A DNA stretch of 64,000 nt from Paraspadella gotoi (taxonomy: Eukaryota > Animalia > Chaetognatha). Both the position numbers and the translations under genes were made by a program. This document shows, piece by piece, positions 12,028 through 25,701 of the stretch. The DNA lies in assembly GCA_051294375.1 (NCBI GenBank), contig CM119268.1, positions 14,418,060-14,482,059 of the forward strand, in the 5' to 3' direction. Every line of letters starts with the position of its first letter. Position 1 is the stretch's first letter. The notes under the pieces were generated by a model. It saw nothing but the letters and a program-made list of their open reading frames with translations. It ran no database searches and was not told the origin of the DNA.

Positions 12028-14630
12028 TTCCAGCGAATATTTTTGTTTCTCGTGAAAAAGCTCGTAGTTCGAGTCTGACCTTTTTTCTCTCTTTTTCGGT
12101 CGGAAACAAAGGATTCTGTTTCCCCGAATTTTCGTCGGCGCGAGGTCGGAGTCGAAAACCGGAGAGCGACGAGTGATGGGTCGGACTCTCTTTAAACTCA
12201 TTTGCATATTGTAGCAATGGAAAAAACTGGAAAAAAAAAGAGGAATGTACTACCTCGAAACTAATTTACATATATCATTGCGGGGGCAACCGACCTTAGG
12301 TGTTGGAAGCGAGAGAGGAATGCATACGTTTTAATTTATTCGCCTTTGCCTCATATTCACTTTATTTTAAAACCAGTTTGAGTAATTTAGTCTAGAGACT
12401 AGTTACGTTTTCTGTGGGGAAATTTGCCCAAAATTAACGATGTTTTCGCAGACCTTTTACATTATTAAATTTAAAAGTAATACATAAGGTTATTGTGAAG
12501 ATATTCTAACTGCTTCCAATTTTAACCTTCTTGATAATAGTGGTTGCATGCTTTTTTACGCTATTAGACGAACGATATAAACGATATAAACAATTATTAA
12601 TGCCAATTACAAAAAAATTTTTAAAAAATACGTGTCCCACTGCTGTGGGGAACTTTAGGAAGTAATCATCACCTTTAAAAAAAAACGGTCCAAGCTCGTT
12701 AAATTCGTAGATAATAATTTGCAAGAGGTTATTTAATTATTAAATTCATAGCCAATGTTTAAAATTGATACGTATTCTTTATTAGCGGTTAGAAATCTTT
12801 CATAATTTCAAAAAAGAAAAAAAAGTTATTAACATTACATTTGTATAGCAGATCGTCAAAATAAATAAAGCAATAAAAGTAGAGTCTTAGTTTCGTCGCC
12901 GCGAGAAGAAAAAAAAGAAAAGAAAAAGAAAGTCACTTATTCTCGGCTGCCCTGACCCGCGCTCGAGGACGCGAGATGAAAAAGACATTAGGAGAGAATC
13001 GCGTAACTAGGTCCGTGAGGAGAATGCGAGAACGAGGGGGAGAAAGGAGCGAGGGGGGGGGGAAGAGGAGGAGGAGAGAGGAGGAGGAACGAAGAGAAAC
13101 TCGGATTATGATTCGGATGTAAAAGGGAAGGAGACAATGGTGGAAGTCGGTGAAAGTCAGTCGGAAAATCAGTCTGGCGGAAGACTACAATTATCGACAG
13201 TGAGAAGAGTGAAGACTGAAGGAGTGTGAATGACGAGAAGATCGCCAAAGATTGGATTGAGAGTCGGAGATACGTGGAAAACTAATGCGGAATTTAAATA
13301 AAAGGGCAGCTGGTGAGTCGTAACCAGGAAAAAGGAAAGTCATCAATATCGAAGGAGATGAGTGGAGAGTCATCTCAACGGATCAAACAAAGGATTCGTT
13401 AAATGCGGACGCTAAATTCGTTAAAAACCGAGCGCGCCAAAGTTCGCTGCTCTCTCGAGGCGCTCGTCCCGACGGCGAACGCTTTGTTTATTTTTTTCGA
13501 ATCTAAACGTAAACAAACGGAATCGAGTCGCGGAAATGAAACGATACAAATGAAGCGCCGACTATAAAAACGTCGCAGAGGAAGATTTATGACCTTTTAT
13601 TTCTTTTTTTGTTCTCAGTTCGCCGTCGTTTGCTTTCTTCTTCTGTCTCTCTCTCGTCTCTCTCTCTTCTCTCCTGCGTCTCCTCATTCATCTCTCTCCT
13701 GCTCCTCGCTCTCTCATCTCTTCTCTCTCTCTCTCATCTCTCTCTCTCCTCTCTTTCCCGCTCTCTTTCTGCAACAGTCTCCACACCGCGTTCCGATCTT
13801 TTGTTTCGCGCGCGATTCTTTCTCTCTGCTTCTTCCCATTCGACATGCACAGACGACTCCAGTGTGGTATTGATCTCTCGCAGCCCGCAAATTCGCCCAT
13901 CGAGAACTGGCCTTTGCATCTTATGGCAATGAGATTTTGCGACCTCCAATTAGGATAATTGAATCGCGCGACCCCCATGCCGATTTAAAAAAGAGGAGAG
14001 GGGAGAGAGAGAGAGAGAGAGAGAGAGAGGAAGAGAGAGAAGAGAGAGAGAGAGAAGTAGAGAGAGAGAGAGAGAGAGAGAAGAGAGAGAATAGGAGCGA
14101 GAGAGGGGGTGAGAGAGAAATGTTACAAGCTAGGGACAGGAGCATCAAAGAAAAAAGAATTGAAAGTGAAGGGAAACTTTAACGAGCGGGCAGCGAGAGA
14201 AGAGAGAGAAGAGAGAGAAGAGGAGACGAGGAGAGAGAGAGAGAGAGAGGAGAGAGAGGAGCAGAGAGAGAAGAGAGAGAGAAAGGAGTTCTCCGATTCC
14301 AGCGGTACACAACAGGCGGCGATTCGACGACGCGTAGCGACGAAGGTAGTAATGAATGCAAATCTCCGGCGCAGCGTCGATGCGGCGCTGGGATCGCGAA
14401 GAGGATTTAGATTGATGAGTCACGTCGTCGTCGTTGTCGTCGTCGTCGTCTTCGTCGTTGGCGACGCTTATAATTGATGGTGAAAGCTCGAACGAAAATA
14501 GTCTCCCCATTTCCTTTCTCCCAAAGAGGCACCTCAGCCAACTCCCCATTTGCCTGAATTTTCAATACGATTTCTTTACTTCTTTTCTTTTTCTTTTCTT
14601 TTCTTTTTCTTTTTCTTTTCTTTTCTTTTT
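7838..14630 (+). repeat. Large direct duplication, copy 2 (lacks the TTAA element)
   Basis: Collinear with 87-7713 and separated from it by a 25-N gap plus a 90-bp third copy (7739-7828) of 1412-1498. Confidence 0.92.
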
Positions 14631-15040
14631 CTTTACTTAACTCTCTCTCGGCACACCTCTGCCACCTCCGTCCCTCACGCCCATCTATTTTCCTCCACCG
14701 CCCCTTTTCCATTTCCGTCTTCTTACCCAACCCACTCTCCCTTTTCCTTTACATCTTTCGTTTAAATCTTTCCTATTGTGTCGGTACCATATTTACCGTT
14801 GTTCCTTTCTCTACATATACTACTCTCACGGTCCCGCCCGTCCACAATCATCCATGCCGATCACCATTTCCTACTCCTTCTCAACCCCTTCCCATCTCGC
14901 TGCCCTACCCCCTTTCCCTCACCCCTTCTCAACCCCTTTCCCCCCCCTCTTCCCGACCCCTCGTCTCCCAGCGACGGACGTGAAGCGAAAGACGCAGACG
15001 CAGATTTCGATTTTAACTTTTTAGGCGGAGACGAGATTTG

Positions 15041-15095
15041 GAGAAGCGGATTTTTGAGAAGCGGATTTTTGAGGAGCGGGATTTAGTGGAGCGGC
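15041..15095 (+). repeat. Short 15-bp tandem repeat GAGAAGCGGATTTTT (about 3.5 units)
   Basis: GAGAAGCGGATTTTT x2, GAGGAGCGGGGATTT, GTGGAGCGG, followed by the reverse-complement motif AAATCCGCT at 15102-15110. Confidence 0.7.
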
Positions 15096-15979
15096 ACTTT
15101 CAAATCCGCTTACGGTTTCATTAGCGTCTTGTTATAAAATTTATGCCGAGGTCGATTGGTCGGTCGGTCGGTTAGTCGGTAACTCGATTGATGAAAAGGA
15201 ATTTAATGAGATTGATTTCGATATGATTTCATTTAGAATATTCTGCGTGTCAGTCATATTTGCCTAAAGTGGCATTGGTCTCTGTCTCTCTCTCTCTCTC
15301 CTCCGTCGTCTCTCTCTCAGCGTCCCCTCCTCTCACTCGCCGTGACCGGGTCTCGTCGGCAGTCTCTCTCTGGCACTCCCTCTCTCTCTCTCTCTCTCGT
15401 CCGCCTCTCCTCCTCACTTCTCCCGTCCCCTTGCTCCTCCTTCTCTCCTCGGTGACGTCCAGCTCCCCCCCCCTCTCTTCTCTCTCGCTTCTCGCCCCTC
15501 TGCGCTCTCTCGACTTTCGTCTCTCTTAAATTTTATCGCTGACTTTTTTTTCTTCTGACCCCTAGTTAGTTCCCCCATTTTCACGACATTAATAAAGAGA
15601 AACATTTTTAAACTTGTAAATTTTTTTGTTGCGGTGAATTTTTAAAAGACGGCCGGTGAACACGGGGCGGGTGGCGGGTCCAGCTGGATGGGACGGTGAA
15701 GGCGGTGCGGCATTGTTACTTTATCGCCATGCTTAAATTGTCACTCTCGTGAAGGGGCGGAATAGGGGGTTAAACAACGTTAACCGAAGGTGACAAAAGA
15801 TAGGGAAGGGAGAGAGAAGAGAGAGAGAGAGAGATGAGAGAGAGAGAAGAGAGAGAGGCAGAGAGGAGAGAGAGAGAAGATGAGAGAGAGAGAGACGCCA
15901 GAAACGAGATAGGTCCTTGAAATAATAAGATGAAAAAGAAGTTGAATGAATAGAATAGTTGAACAACTTTTAAAAATAG

Positions 15980-16679
15980 AATTTGATGTGTTGGAATCCA
16001 TCAACAACTGTAAATTGGTCACAGTCTATAAACTTTACTCCGCATTTTTTAAGCAATGATGGGTCTGGAAATAATCATAATAAAAATCCCAAATCCTCGC
16101 GAAAAGAAAAACAACGTCGTGTCCTAAACACGACCCGATATGAGAAAAACTTTAATTCAAAACAAATTTCCGATGAATCCTAAAATTGAGAAAAAGCGAC
16201 AAGTTGAAAAAACTTACGATAACATTTTAAAACGTTTTTTTTTTTTTACAAATTGGCAAAATACATACAAGGCAAGAGAATAAACTGCAATACGATCGTG
16301 GGCAACCGAAGCAATTTTTTTCTGCCTAGACTCAAAATTTTCGAAGCTCCTGCGCTTTCGCCTTAGTTCCCATTCTCTTCCTCTGCTTAGAATCCCGTGC
16401 AAAATCTTGCCAAGTGAGACTGAGAGGGAGAGAAAAAAGAGAGAGAGGCGAGAGAGACAGAGAGACGAGAGACAGCGGAGAAAGGACGGGAGACTAAAAC
16501 GGGGAAAAAAAGGCCGGAGTCGGAATTTAAAAGATAAGCATTTTGAGAGAAAGAAGAGAAAAACATTTAGGTTGTGGCGGAGGGGGAGAGAGAGAGAGAG
16601 AGATAGAGAGGGAAAGAGAGAGAAGAGAAGGCTTCCGACGATAACAGAAAGAAAAGGTGTTGGCCTGTTCGTGTCGGAT

Positions 16680-16749
<70 letters not shown>

Positions 16750-17570
16750 GAGAGAGAGGAGAGAGAGAGAGAAGAGAGTTGGTATTTAACAGCAGGCAGA
16801 ATTTGGAAGAAAAGGGGAAAAAGAAGTTTTCCTTTCTCTCTTTTTCTCGTNNNNNNNNNNNNNNNNNNNNNNNNNATTTGATGTGTTGAATCCATAACAA
16901 CTGTAAATTGTCAAGTCTAAGTAAATTTACTCCGCCATTTTTTAAGCAATGATGGGTCTGGAAATAATCATAATAAAAATCCCAAATCCTCCGGAAAAGA
17001 AAAACAACGTCGTGTCCTAAACACGACCCGAGATGAGAAAAACTTTAATTCAAAACAAATTTCCGATGAATCCTAAAATTGAAGAAAACGACAAGTGAAA
17101 AAACTTACGATAAGCTTAAAACGTTTTTTTTTTTTTACAAATTGCAAATACAGTACAAGGAAAGAGAATAAACTGCAATACGATCGTGGGCAGAGCCGAA
17201 GCAATTTTTTTTCTGCCTAGACTCAAAATTTTCGAAGCTCCTCGCTTTCGCCTTAGTTCCCATTCTCATTTCCTCTGCTTAGAATCCGTGCAAAAGTCTT
17301 GCCACAGTGAGACTGAGAGGTGAGAGAAAAAGAGAGAGAAGGGAGAGAGACAGAGAGACGAGAGACAGGGGAAAGGACGGAGACTAAAACGGGGAAAAAA
17401 GGCGGAGTCGGAATTTAAAAGATAAGCATTTTGAGAGAAAGAAGAGAAAAACATTTAGGTTGTGGCGCGAGGGGGAGAGAGAGAGAGAGAGATAGAGAGG
17501 GAAAGAGAGAGAAGAGAGAAGCTTCCCCGACGACTAACAGAAAGAAAGGTGTTGGCCTGTTTCGTGTCGG

Positions 17571-17624
<54 letters not shown>

Positions 17625-17735
17625 AGAGAGAGATGAGAGAGGAGAGAGAGAGAGAGAGAGAGAAGAGAGTTGGTAATTTAGAACCGGCAGGAATTTGGAA
17701 AAAAGGGGGAAAAAGAAGTTTTCCTTTCTCCTTTT
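15980..17735 (+). repeat. Tandem duplication of about 870 bp either side of a 25-N gap (15980-16850 / 16876-17735)
   Basis: Both copies begin ATTTGATGTGTTG..AATCCAT and end AAGAAGTTTTCCTTTCTC, and differ by small indels. Confidence 0.9.
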
Positions 17736-18805
17736 TCACATCCAACCCCCTCCACTTCTTCCCTCCTCCCCCCGCCCCCCCTCCGAAAAAGAACCACGAA
17801 GACGCGGTCTAATTTGTGTTGGTCTTTTGGTAATTCAAACTATGCCCGGACGAGAAAAAAAACAAAATGCCAACTCGGATTTTCAGCCTCGCTCTCAATT
17901 TTTTTTCCCTCTGACGATAAAAAAGGAATTAAAGGGGGGGAGGAGAGCTTGAAGGAGAAAATTGAAAGAGCCAACCCCCAGGGGGGGGGGAGAGAGAGGG
18001 GGAGGGAGAGAAAGACAGAGTGAGAGAGAGAGACGAGGAGAGAATGAAATAGGAGAGAAAGAGAAAGTTTTTAAAAAAAATTAAAGAATAAATAAAACAA
18101 AAAAACAAAAGAGAGAAAAAAAAAGGTCTGATGGAAAAGAAGGGATGAAAAGAAAAGTTGGGAAGAATGATAATCTCTTTGCGCCCGAACGAGAGACGAA
18201 CGATATGCGGGTTATGTGGAGAGGAAGAGGAGGAGGAGGAGGAGGAGGAAGAGGGGAGGGGGTGGCTGAGGGGTAATGAGAGGAAAAGACAGTAAATCAG
18301 GAGGAAAGAGGTACATAAAGGAGTACTTAATGGATAAAAAAGTCGGGGTTGAAGACAAACCCTAGTTGATTGATTGGATGATTGATTTTTTAGTTGATTT
18401 ATTGATTGGTTGATAAAATTATTGATTGATTTTTTAAATTTAACTATAGGAACTTCATCTTAATATAGAGGGGTGGGTGGGTCGTTTCGTTCTACGGTCT
18501 ACTTCCGATTTTAAAATTTAAACTCGGCCTGCGAAATGTAATCAACGAAAAGTTTTACGCGTTGGGAATGAAAAAAGTGAAAGGTGGTGAAAGACAAGAA
18601 ACTGAAGAGTGAAGAGACGTGACCCGAAATCGGCGACAGGCGTCACGATTCACAAATGAGGAGACCACAAGAAAAATAATATTTAACAAAACTTTATTTT
18701 AACTACGTCCTGTTTAATTTTAGAGACCCGAAGAATAATAAAAGAAAAAAAAAAACAGCAAATATATTTTTTTCTCAAATTTATCTAATGTTTAATCTCT
18801 CTCTT

Positions 18806-18837
<32 letters not shown>

Positions 18838-19356
18838 TCTATCTCTGTTCCCCGCGGAGATATTCGTTCTCTCAAAATGCCAAACTTTGTCATAGTTCTC
18901 ATCGTAAAAAAATACTATTACAAACAAAATTTATGAAATTTCATTCATTACCCAACGGGAAATATTAAAATGTCATGTATGTAGAGAAACATTAACACTG
19001 ACTGAGCAAAAAAGAATTTTTTTCCACGAACTTTATACATGCAGAAAAAGCATTTTTAAAAAATGATATGGAAGATAAAACAAAACTCAAGAGAGGGACA
19101 AAAATATAAAATAAAATACATCAACGATATTCCACCTAACCATGTTATATCAAATATTAAATAAATAGTCTCGGATTATTTCTTGAAAAATTCCTGATAT
19201 TTTTCTTTAGTTTTTTATTACTCTTAATTCTGTGAAAGGGATTGAAAGAATTGAAAATGGAAAAAGGGAAATATTTCTCGAATCCAAGATCCTTTTTTTC
19301 GACCCCGAGAGAGACATTCGAGACGAACCGCGCGTCATCGTCACCTGTCCCGAAAT

Positions 19357-19421
<65 letters not shown>

Positions 19422-19502
19422 TGGGGCTGTGGTCGTGGTCAAAAATCGTGGTTATATCGTTCTCAACGCTGTCATCGTCGCTTTAAACTCAACCACGTGG
19501 AA

Positions 19503-19540
<38 letters not shown>
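19357..19540 (+). repeat. (TCG)n trinucleotide microsatellites
   Basis: Perfect run at 19358-19420 and a second run at 19504-19540. Similar runs near 4055, 11866, 19743 and 29662. Confidence 0.95.
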
Positions 19541-19541
<1 letters not shown>

Positions 19542-21334
19542 CCTATTCGGTCATTATCACTTCCCCTTTTTTAATCCTTTCGTCCCTTTTGTCTTTTTGC
19601 TCCTTTGTCTTTTTTTTTTTGATGCCCCGAGGATTCGAACGCGCCGAGTTTGACTATCGGCGATGAATTATTCCGAGCGAGGATCGATAATTTCGAAATC
19701 CTGACGACGTCGTCTTTTACGGCGACGTTTTCTTATTCTTTATCGTCGTCGTCGTCGTCGTCGTCGTCGTCATTGTCGTCCTCATCTTTGGGTCATTAAT
19801 TCTTCTCCTCTGCTTACACATTATATCACTCTCNNNNNNNNNNNNNNNNNNNNNNNNNNNNNNNNNNNNNNNNNNNNNNNNNNNNNNNNNNNNNNNNNNN
19901 NNNNNNNNNNNNNNNNNNNNNNNNNNNNNNNNNNNNNNNNNNNNNNNNNNNNNNNNNNNNNNNNNNNNNNNNNNNNNNNNNNNNNNNNNNNNNNNNNNNN
20001 NNNNNNNNNNNNNNNNNNNNNNNNNNNNNNNNNNNNNNNNNNNNNNNNNNNNNNNNNNNNNNNNNNNNNNNNNNNNNNNNNNNNNNNNNNNNNNNNNNNN
20101 NNNNNNNNNNNNNNNNNNNNNNNNNNNNNNNNNNNNNNNNNNNNNNNNNNNNNNNNNNNNNNNNNNNNNNNNNNNNNNNNNNNNNNNNNNNNNNNNNNNN
20201 NNNNNNNNNNNNNNNNNNNNNNNNNNNNNNNNNNNNNNNNNNNNNNNNNNNNNNNNNNNNNNNNNNNNNNNNNNNNNNNNNNNNNNNNNNNNNNNNNNNN
20301 NNNNNNNNNNNNNNNNNNNNNNNNNNNNNNNNNNNNNNNNNNNNNNNNNNNNNNNNNNNNNNNNNNNNNNNNNNNNNNNNNNNNNNNNNNNNNNNNNNNN
20401 NNNNNNNNNNNNNNNNNNNNNNNNNNNNNNNNNNNNNNNNNNNNNNNNNNNNNATTTTCAAACATTTAGGTACCGTATTATAATAGTTTATAAAATTCAA
20501 AATTATGAAACGATATTTTAATTAAACACCACGCAGAGCAACGCCAAAAAAATGATAATTACGAAAAAATAATTATTTGACTCGGAAGATTAATTTTTTA
20601 TCCTCGCCGTCATTTCATTCATCTCGGTCTCATGTGACGGATTTTTTTTGATAAGATCTCATCCAAATATACGTCAGCACACCCCCGCGGCGTCTCTCTC
20701 TCTCTCTCTCTCTCTCTCNNNNNNNNNNNNNNNNNNNNNNNNNNNNNNNNNNNNNNNNNNNNNNNNNNNNNNNNNNNNNNNNNNNNNNNNNNNNNNNNNN
20801 NNNNNNNNNNNNNNNNNNNNNNNNNNNNNNNNNNNNNNNNNNNNNNNNNNNNNNNNNNNNNNNNNNNNNNNNNNNNNNNNNNNNNNNNNNNNNNNNNNNN
20901 NNNNNNNNNNNNCTTCGACGAGGAGGGTTTGCGCGATTTTTGTTGAATTACAACTCGAGTTGTTTATTTTGTTGTCGTCGTCTGTTGTATTTGGGGCGAG
21001 AGAAGCGAAGGCCGACGGCGGATGAGGGAAAACAGACGAATAAACAAACANNNNNNNNNNNNNNNNNNNNNNNNNNNNNNNNNNNNNNNNNNNNNNNNNN
21101 NNNNNNNNNNNNNNNNNNNNNNNNNNNNNNNNNNNNNNNNNNNNNNNNNNNNNNNNNNNNNNNNNNNNNNNNNNNNNNNNNNNNNNNNNNNNNNNNNNNN
21201 NNNNNNNNNNNNNNNNNNNNNNNNNNNNNNNNNNNNNNNNNNNNNNNNNNNNNNNNNNNNNNNNNNNNNNNNNNNNNNNNNNNNNNNNNNNNNNNNNNNN
21301 NNNNNNNNNNNNNNNNNNNNNNNNNNNNNNNNNN

Positions 21335-21370
21335 ACGAACGAACGAACGAACGAACGAACGAACGAACGA
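21335..21370 (+). repeat. (ACGA)n tetranucleotide microsatellite at a gap edge
   Basis: Directly visible. Confidence 0.9.
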
Positions 21371-22069
21371 AAACATTCCTTATAATAAGACTGAACTTGC
21401 CTTTCCGTTTCTTAACCTTTCACTTCACACTCGCGTCTCAAGGCTCAAATCACTCTTCACATTTTCGGTCGCCTTCGTCTCGATTCGGTTTTTCACGTGA
21501 GACTCTCGCGTCTGTCATCATTTCTGTCACTACTTCGATCGTCAGTCTCTTCGGCGTTTCTGTCATCGCTTCCGTCGTTCCTTCCGTCAGGCTCTCTCCG
21601 TCTGAGGATTCATAATTGCATGGAATAAAATATAGAGAAAAGAATCACATTATTATTTTCGACGGTGGCCACTGGTCAAATCCTACAAATTGATTTATTA
21701 TTTAAGTATCGTAACCACTTCCGACATTGTCTCACCTTCGCCCTAAAAAGGACAAAAGGTAAACCTCGTCCAAAATTGTGAAACTCTCCCCCCCCCCAGT
21801 CCCCCTATTTTTCTTCACCCCTCCACTCCTCGGAATTCGCTTCTCACTCCTTTCACTCGTCAAATGTCATGTTTGTTCGAAGGCGAAGAATCTCGGAATC
21901 TTCGAGTGAGACTCACAACCGCTCACACGGAAGAAGAATAAGAAAGAGTGTCACGCTGTCAGATGCGGAGAGGCTTATTATAATTTATTAATTTTTGTTA
22001 AAAATAATTATTCCTGTTAATTAGTTAGATTTTTTTAAAAATAATTGACTTACCTAAAAAGAAGAAAGT

Positions 22070-22277
22070 ATGGCAACGGGAGGATAGCCTGTGATACCCG
22101 GGGCGCGGGGTATCTCACCAACTGGCGTAGGGGCTGCGGACCCTCAGTGACCGCCTCCTGTCACTGGCATGTTTATACCGGCACCATCACATTTAAGCCA
22201 GAACCGGGATACCCAGGGATTGAACCCGGGACGCACGGATGGAATGAGATGATTTAGCCTGCTCAGCCATTGAGACG
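22070..22277 (-). mobile_element. tRNA-derived SINE-like element, copy 1
   Basis: Minus strand has an A-box TGGCTGAGCAGG (22258-22269) and a B-box GGTTCAATCCC (22216-22226). A diverged full-length homologue lies at 34085-34290. Confidence 0.65.
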
Positions 22278-22630
22278 AGGCTGAGGACGGACAGCAGTGA
22301 GGCAGCTTTAAGTCTTGCTGCCACAAAAGCACCTTTAAAATAAAAAAAAGTTTTAACCCAACGAATATAAACTAATTAAAAACCAAAGGAAATAGAAATT
22401 AGATAATACGTAATAAAGAGATGCTGGGCTGCATCGAAAAACTCGCCAAGAAGAAAACCGAAACTATGTTTGCGTTTTTGTCGTCAGATTCGGTGACGAA
22501 ACGAAAGGAGGGCGAATTATCCTTTTCCTCTCAGGTTTGAATGACCTTTCTCAGCTACATCTGTTTGATTGCTTTATAATCATTGCTTTACTTCCTTCCT
22601 TCCTTTCATTTTTCTTTATTTTATTCATTG

Positions 22631-22812
22631 ATTCATTCATTCACTTATTCATTCATTCATTCATTCATTCATTCATTCATTCATTCATTCATTCATTCAT
22701 TCATTCATTCATTCATTCATTCATTCATTCATTCATTCCTTTTTTCCTTCCTTCCTTCCTTCCTTCCTTCCTTCCTTCCTTCCTTCCTTCCTTCCTTCCT
22801 TCTCTTCCTTCC
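22631..22812 (+). repeat. Compound (TTCA)n-(TTCC)n tetranucleotide microsatellite
   Basis: Directly visible. Confidence 0.95.
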
Positions 22813-23451
22813 CTCCGCTCAAACATAATAAAGTAAGCGCCCCCCGCAGTCAAGATAAGTAGGACCCCGGAGCGAAGGTGAGGTCTTTTTCCTCTCGGCG
22901 ACGAGGTGAGTTTCCTCTCCTCACGTTTTCTCTCACTTCGCAACTTTGGCCGCAGAGATGAGTAAACTTTGGAAAGGAAAGGAGAGAAAAAAGAATAGAA
23001 GAGGCTCGCCCTTTCTTAGTGCAACTATTTCGTTTATATTCATCCTTTTTATTTTAGAGCATTCCCGTTCGTTTCAGTGATAACTATATCTCCATATATT
23101 CTATTCCGTTTTAATCATTTTAATTTTACCGTTTTAAAATTTATTCAACCTATATGAAATTGGTATAATCTATATAGGTTAAATTCAAAATCCATTAAAA
23201 ATAGTAGCTATTAATCTTGCCTCCTGACTTTGGACTAGGTTTCTTATATAGTAAAAATGTTGCCGAGTCTTAGGATGCTTTCTTTCTTTATTCTTTATTT
23301 TCTTTTTCGAAAATTGTTTTTTCATTGAACTTTTTTTCTCGATTCCGTCAGTAACAATTTGCTGAGAAGAGAAGAGGAAAAGACGTTTGAAAACTGAGAT
23401 GCTGGCGGAGGAAATTCGCATCCCCAACAGCGTTTTCTATTTTTAAAAGAA

Positions 23452-23452
<1 letters not shown>

Positions 23453-23521
<69 letters not shown>
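23453..23521 (+). repeat. (CT)n dinucleotide microsatellite, representative of dozens of (AG)n/(CT)n tracts in the window
   Basis: Directly visible. Many assembly gaps begin or end in such tracts. Confidence 0.95.
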
Positions 23522-23525
<4 letters not shown>

Positions 23526-24346
23526 AAGCAGGGGCCCAACATACAGAAAAAGCCGGTGGACTCAGCAAGCCAAGTTGACTCTACTACTCCTCGTAGAACC
23601 CTCTGTGTCTCTCTTTTCTCTTTTCCTCAACCGCGAGTTAAATTTTTGTCCTCTCTAAATTGTCACTGAATTCATTTGACGAATTTTAAAGGTACTCTCT
23701 CCAACCCACCTCTCGGCCTACTCCTTCTCTTTCTTTCCGCGACACAAAAGCCACAATCAAAATTTACTCTTCTCGACAAAGGATCGTCATTAAAGCCTCC
23801 CATATCTCGCTCTCACTCTCTCCCTCTTTTTAAAACCATAGCTAGGTCCTCTTTAAAAAAAAATAACTTCCTCGTCTCTTCTTCACGATGTTTCCCCTTC
23901 CTCCTCACGCTTGCTTCCTCCCTCTTGCTTNNNNNNNNNNATTAAGGAAATGACGGATAATAAGGGATAAAACCATTAAGAGCTTCAGAGTTCACGTACG
24001 TTCCTTTTTATTGAAACAACGACAGAGGATGTCATGAAGATGGCCTTGTCATGTTTCACTGTTAATTAAGCCGAGGGAGATGACGGGAGAAAGATTAGAT
24101 GTAAAAAGATTTTATTCACTATGCGGGTATTTTTACATTTATATTCAATTTTCATCAATTTTAACGTTCGCCGCGAAGAATTGGTTTTTCGTTAAATTTT
24201 TTTTTAAAACTTTAAATCGTTTACGACAACACGGATACAGTTGTAGCTTCTTTGAAACGTGACCAGAGGGATAACGAATTTTTATGACCAGACTTTTAAA
24301 AATTTTAAATCTCGCCGAAAGATAAGAAAGAAAGAGAGTGGGAGAA

Positions 24347-24379
<33 letters not shown>

Positions 24380-24644
24380 GAGAAAGAGCGTGCGTCGTAA
24401 GCGGAGTTTTTGGAATGTCAAGCCAAATTGCTTCTGGGGGGAAATGAATAGCGACGGAATGGTTACGACTTCGGACCGTCTTTAAAATGTCATCGTCTCT
24501 TCTTATTAGTTTTTTGTTCAATACTCGACTCGACTTAAAAGGCGACCGCGGTATGGCAACCGCGCTTAACTTTAGTGGTGCTCTGAGTTATGGTACGGTT
24601 AAACTAGGATTAAGATTTTGAACCGAGATTTAAGATTTTTATTC

Positions 24645-25670
24645 ATCTCCCCAGGCCCCTCCCTTTTCCTCCGCCCTTTTTATTGGCGACGTGCATAAGG
24701 GAACTCTCCAACTTTCCTCTCTAAAGTCACATCGCGTTGGGCGCGGCGTTATTATTTGGTTAATTCTTTTTTCGGATCGCCCAGTTATGTGTTGACCGGG
24801 TCGTCTTTGGATTCGAAACACCTTGCGACCGCAATCCACGCTTGAACCCAATCCTTGCGATGCCCACGACCCGGTTGAGACCCCGTTGCGTTCTGAATCG
24901 CCATGTTGAGCGCATCAACGAGTGGCGTCTTTGGCCATTCTTGGGCCGAATTTCGATCTTTTGATCCCTGAATTGAAACCATTTCGCATTCGTCCTGACC
25001 AGCTTGTGATCTAACTCCCCCCGGCGCCCAGAAATATACCACCAATGCCCTCAGAACCTCTTCTCTGGCCATCACACTCAACTTCATACTCGCTTCCAGC
25101 ATTCCCTTCTCGCCCCCCCCCTCTGTCCTAGACCCCCACCGATTTCCCCTTTAGCGGTTTTTTTGGCTGTGAGATCGCGGTTTTCGTAAAAGCCTCATTT
25201 TCGGCGGCGTTTATTCTCCCATTATACATATTACTGGCTGATGGCCGAAAGCCGAGGAACGGACCCATTTCCTTCTTTTTTCTTTCTTTCATGTTGTTTT
25301 CATAATTGCGAATTCTTTGTTTGTTTTTTTTCTATCTTTACTTTCTTTGACCTGTTTTTTTTGTTTGTTTTTTTCGAGGCTTTCGTTTTATTTTTCTCTT
25401 TTGCTTTCTTATTCATTTCTTTTTAGATTCTTAGCCCTTATTTTCCTTTAATTATTTTCTGCTTTCCTTGCTTCTTCTTCCCTCAATCCGTCCAATCCGG
25501 ATTTATTTACATTTTTCTGGATTTTGTTTCACGTTTAGGATCGCGTAATGCAGCTTTTTATTTTGACGTCTTTTTGGGAAGGCTTTTTCGTAGTAGCCCG
25601 CAGAAGTTTTTTTTTCATTTTTTTCCGCGAATTTCTCTCTCACTCTCGTCTCTTTCTCTCTGCTCCGTCG

Positions 25671-25701
<31 letters not shown>

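Noticed and set aside
998-17952. Numerous ORFs rich in SLSLSL/ERERER or poly-R/S/V
   Set aside because: Translations of (AG)n/(CT)n and (TCG)n microsatellites, which lack stops in most frames. The frames are not preserved between the duplicated copies.
19821-21615. ORFs of 125-224 aa
   Set aside because: They consist almost entirely of X from N gaps. The same applies to gap-spanning ORFs near 31000-32433, 41800, 45500 and 62700.
22537-22943. FIHS/FLPS repeat proteins or CRISPR-like periodicity
   Set aside because: Simple tetranucleotide microsatellites with no unique spacers. No CRISPR array or cas genes anywhere in the window.
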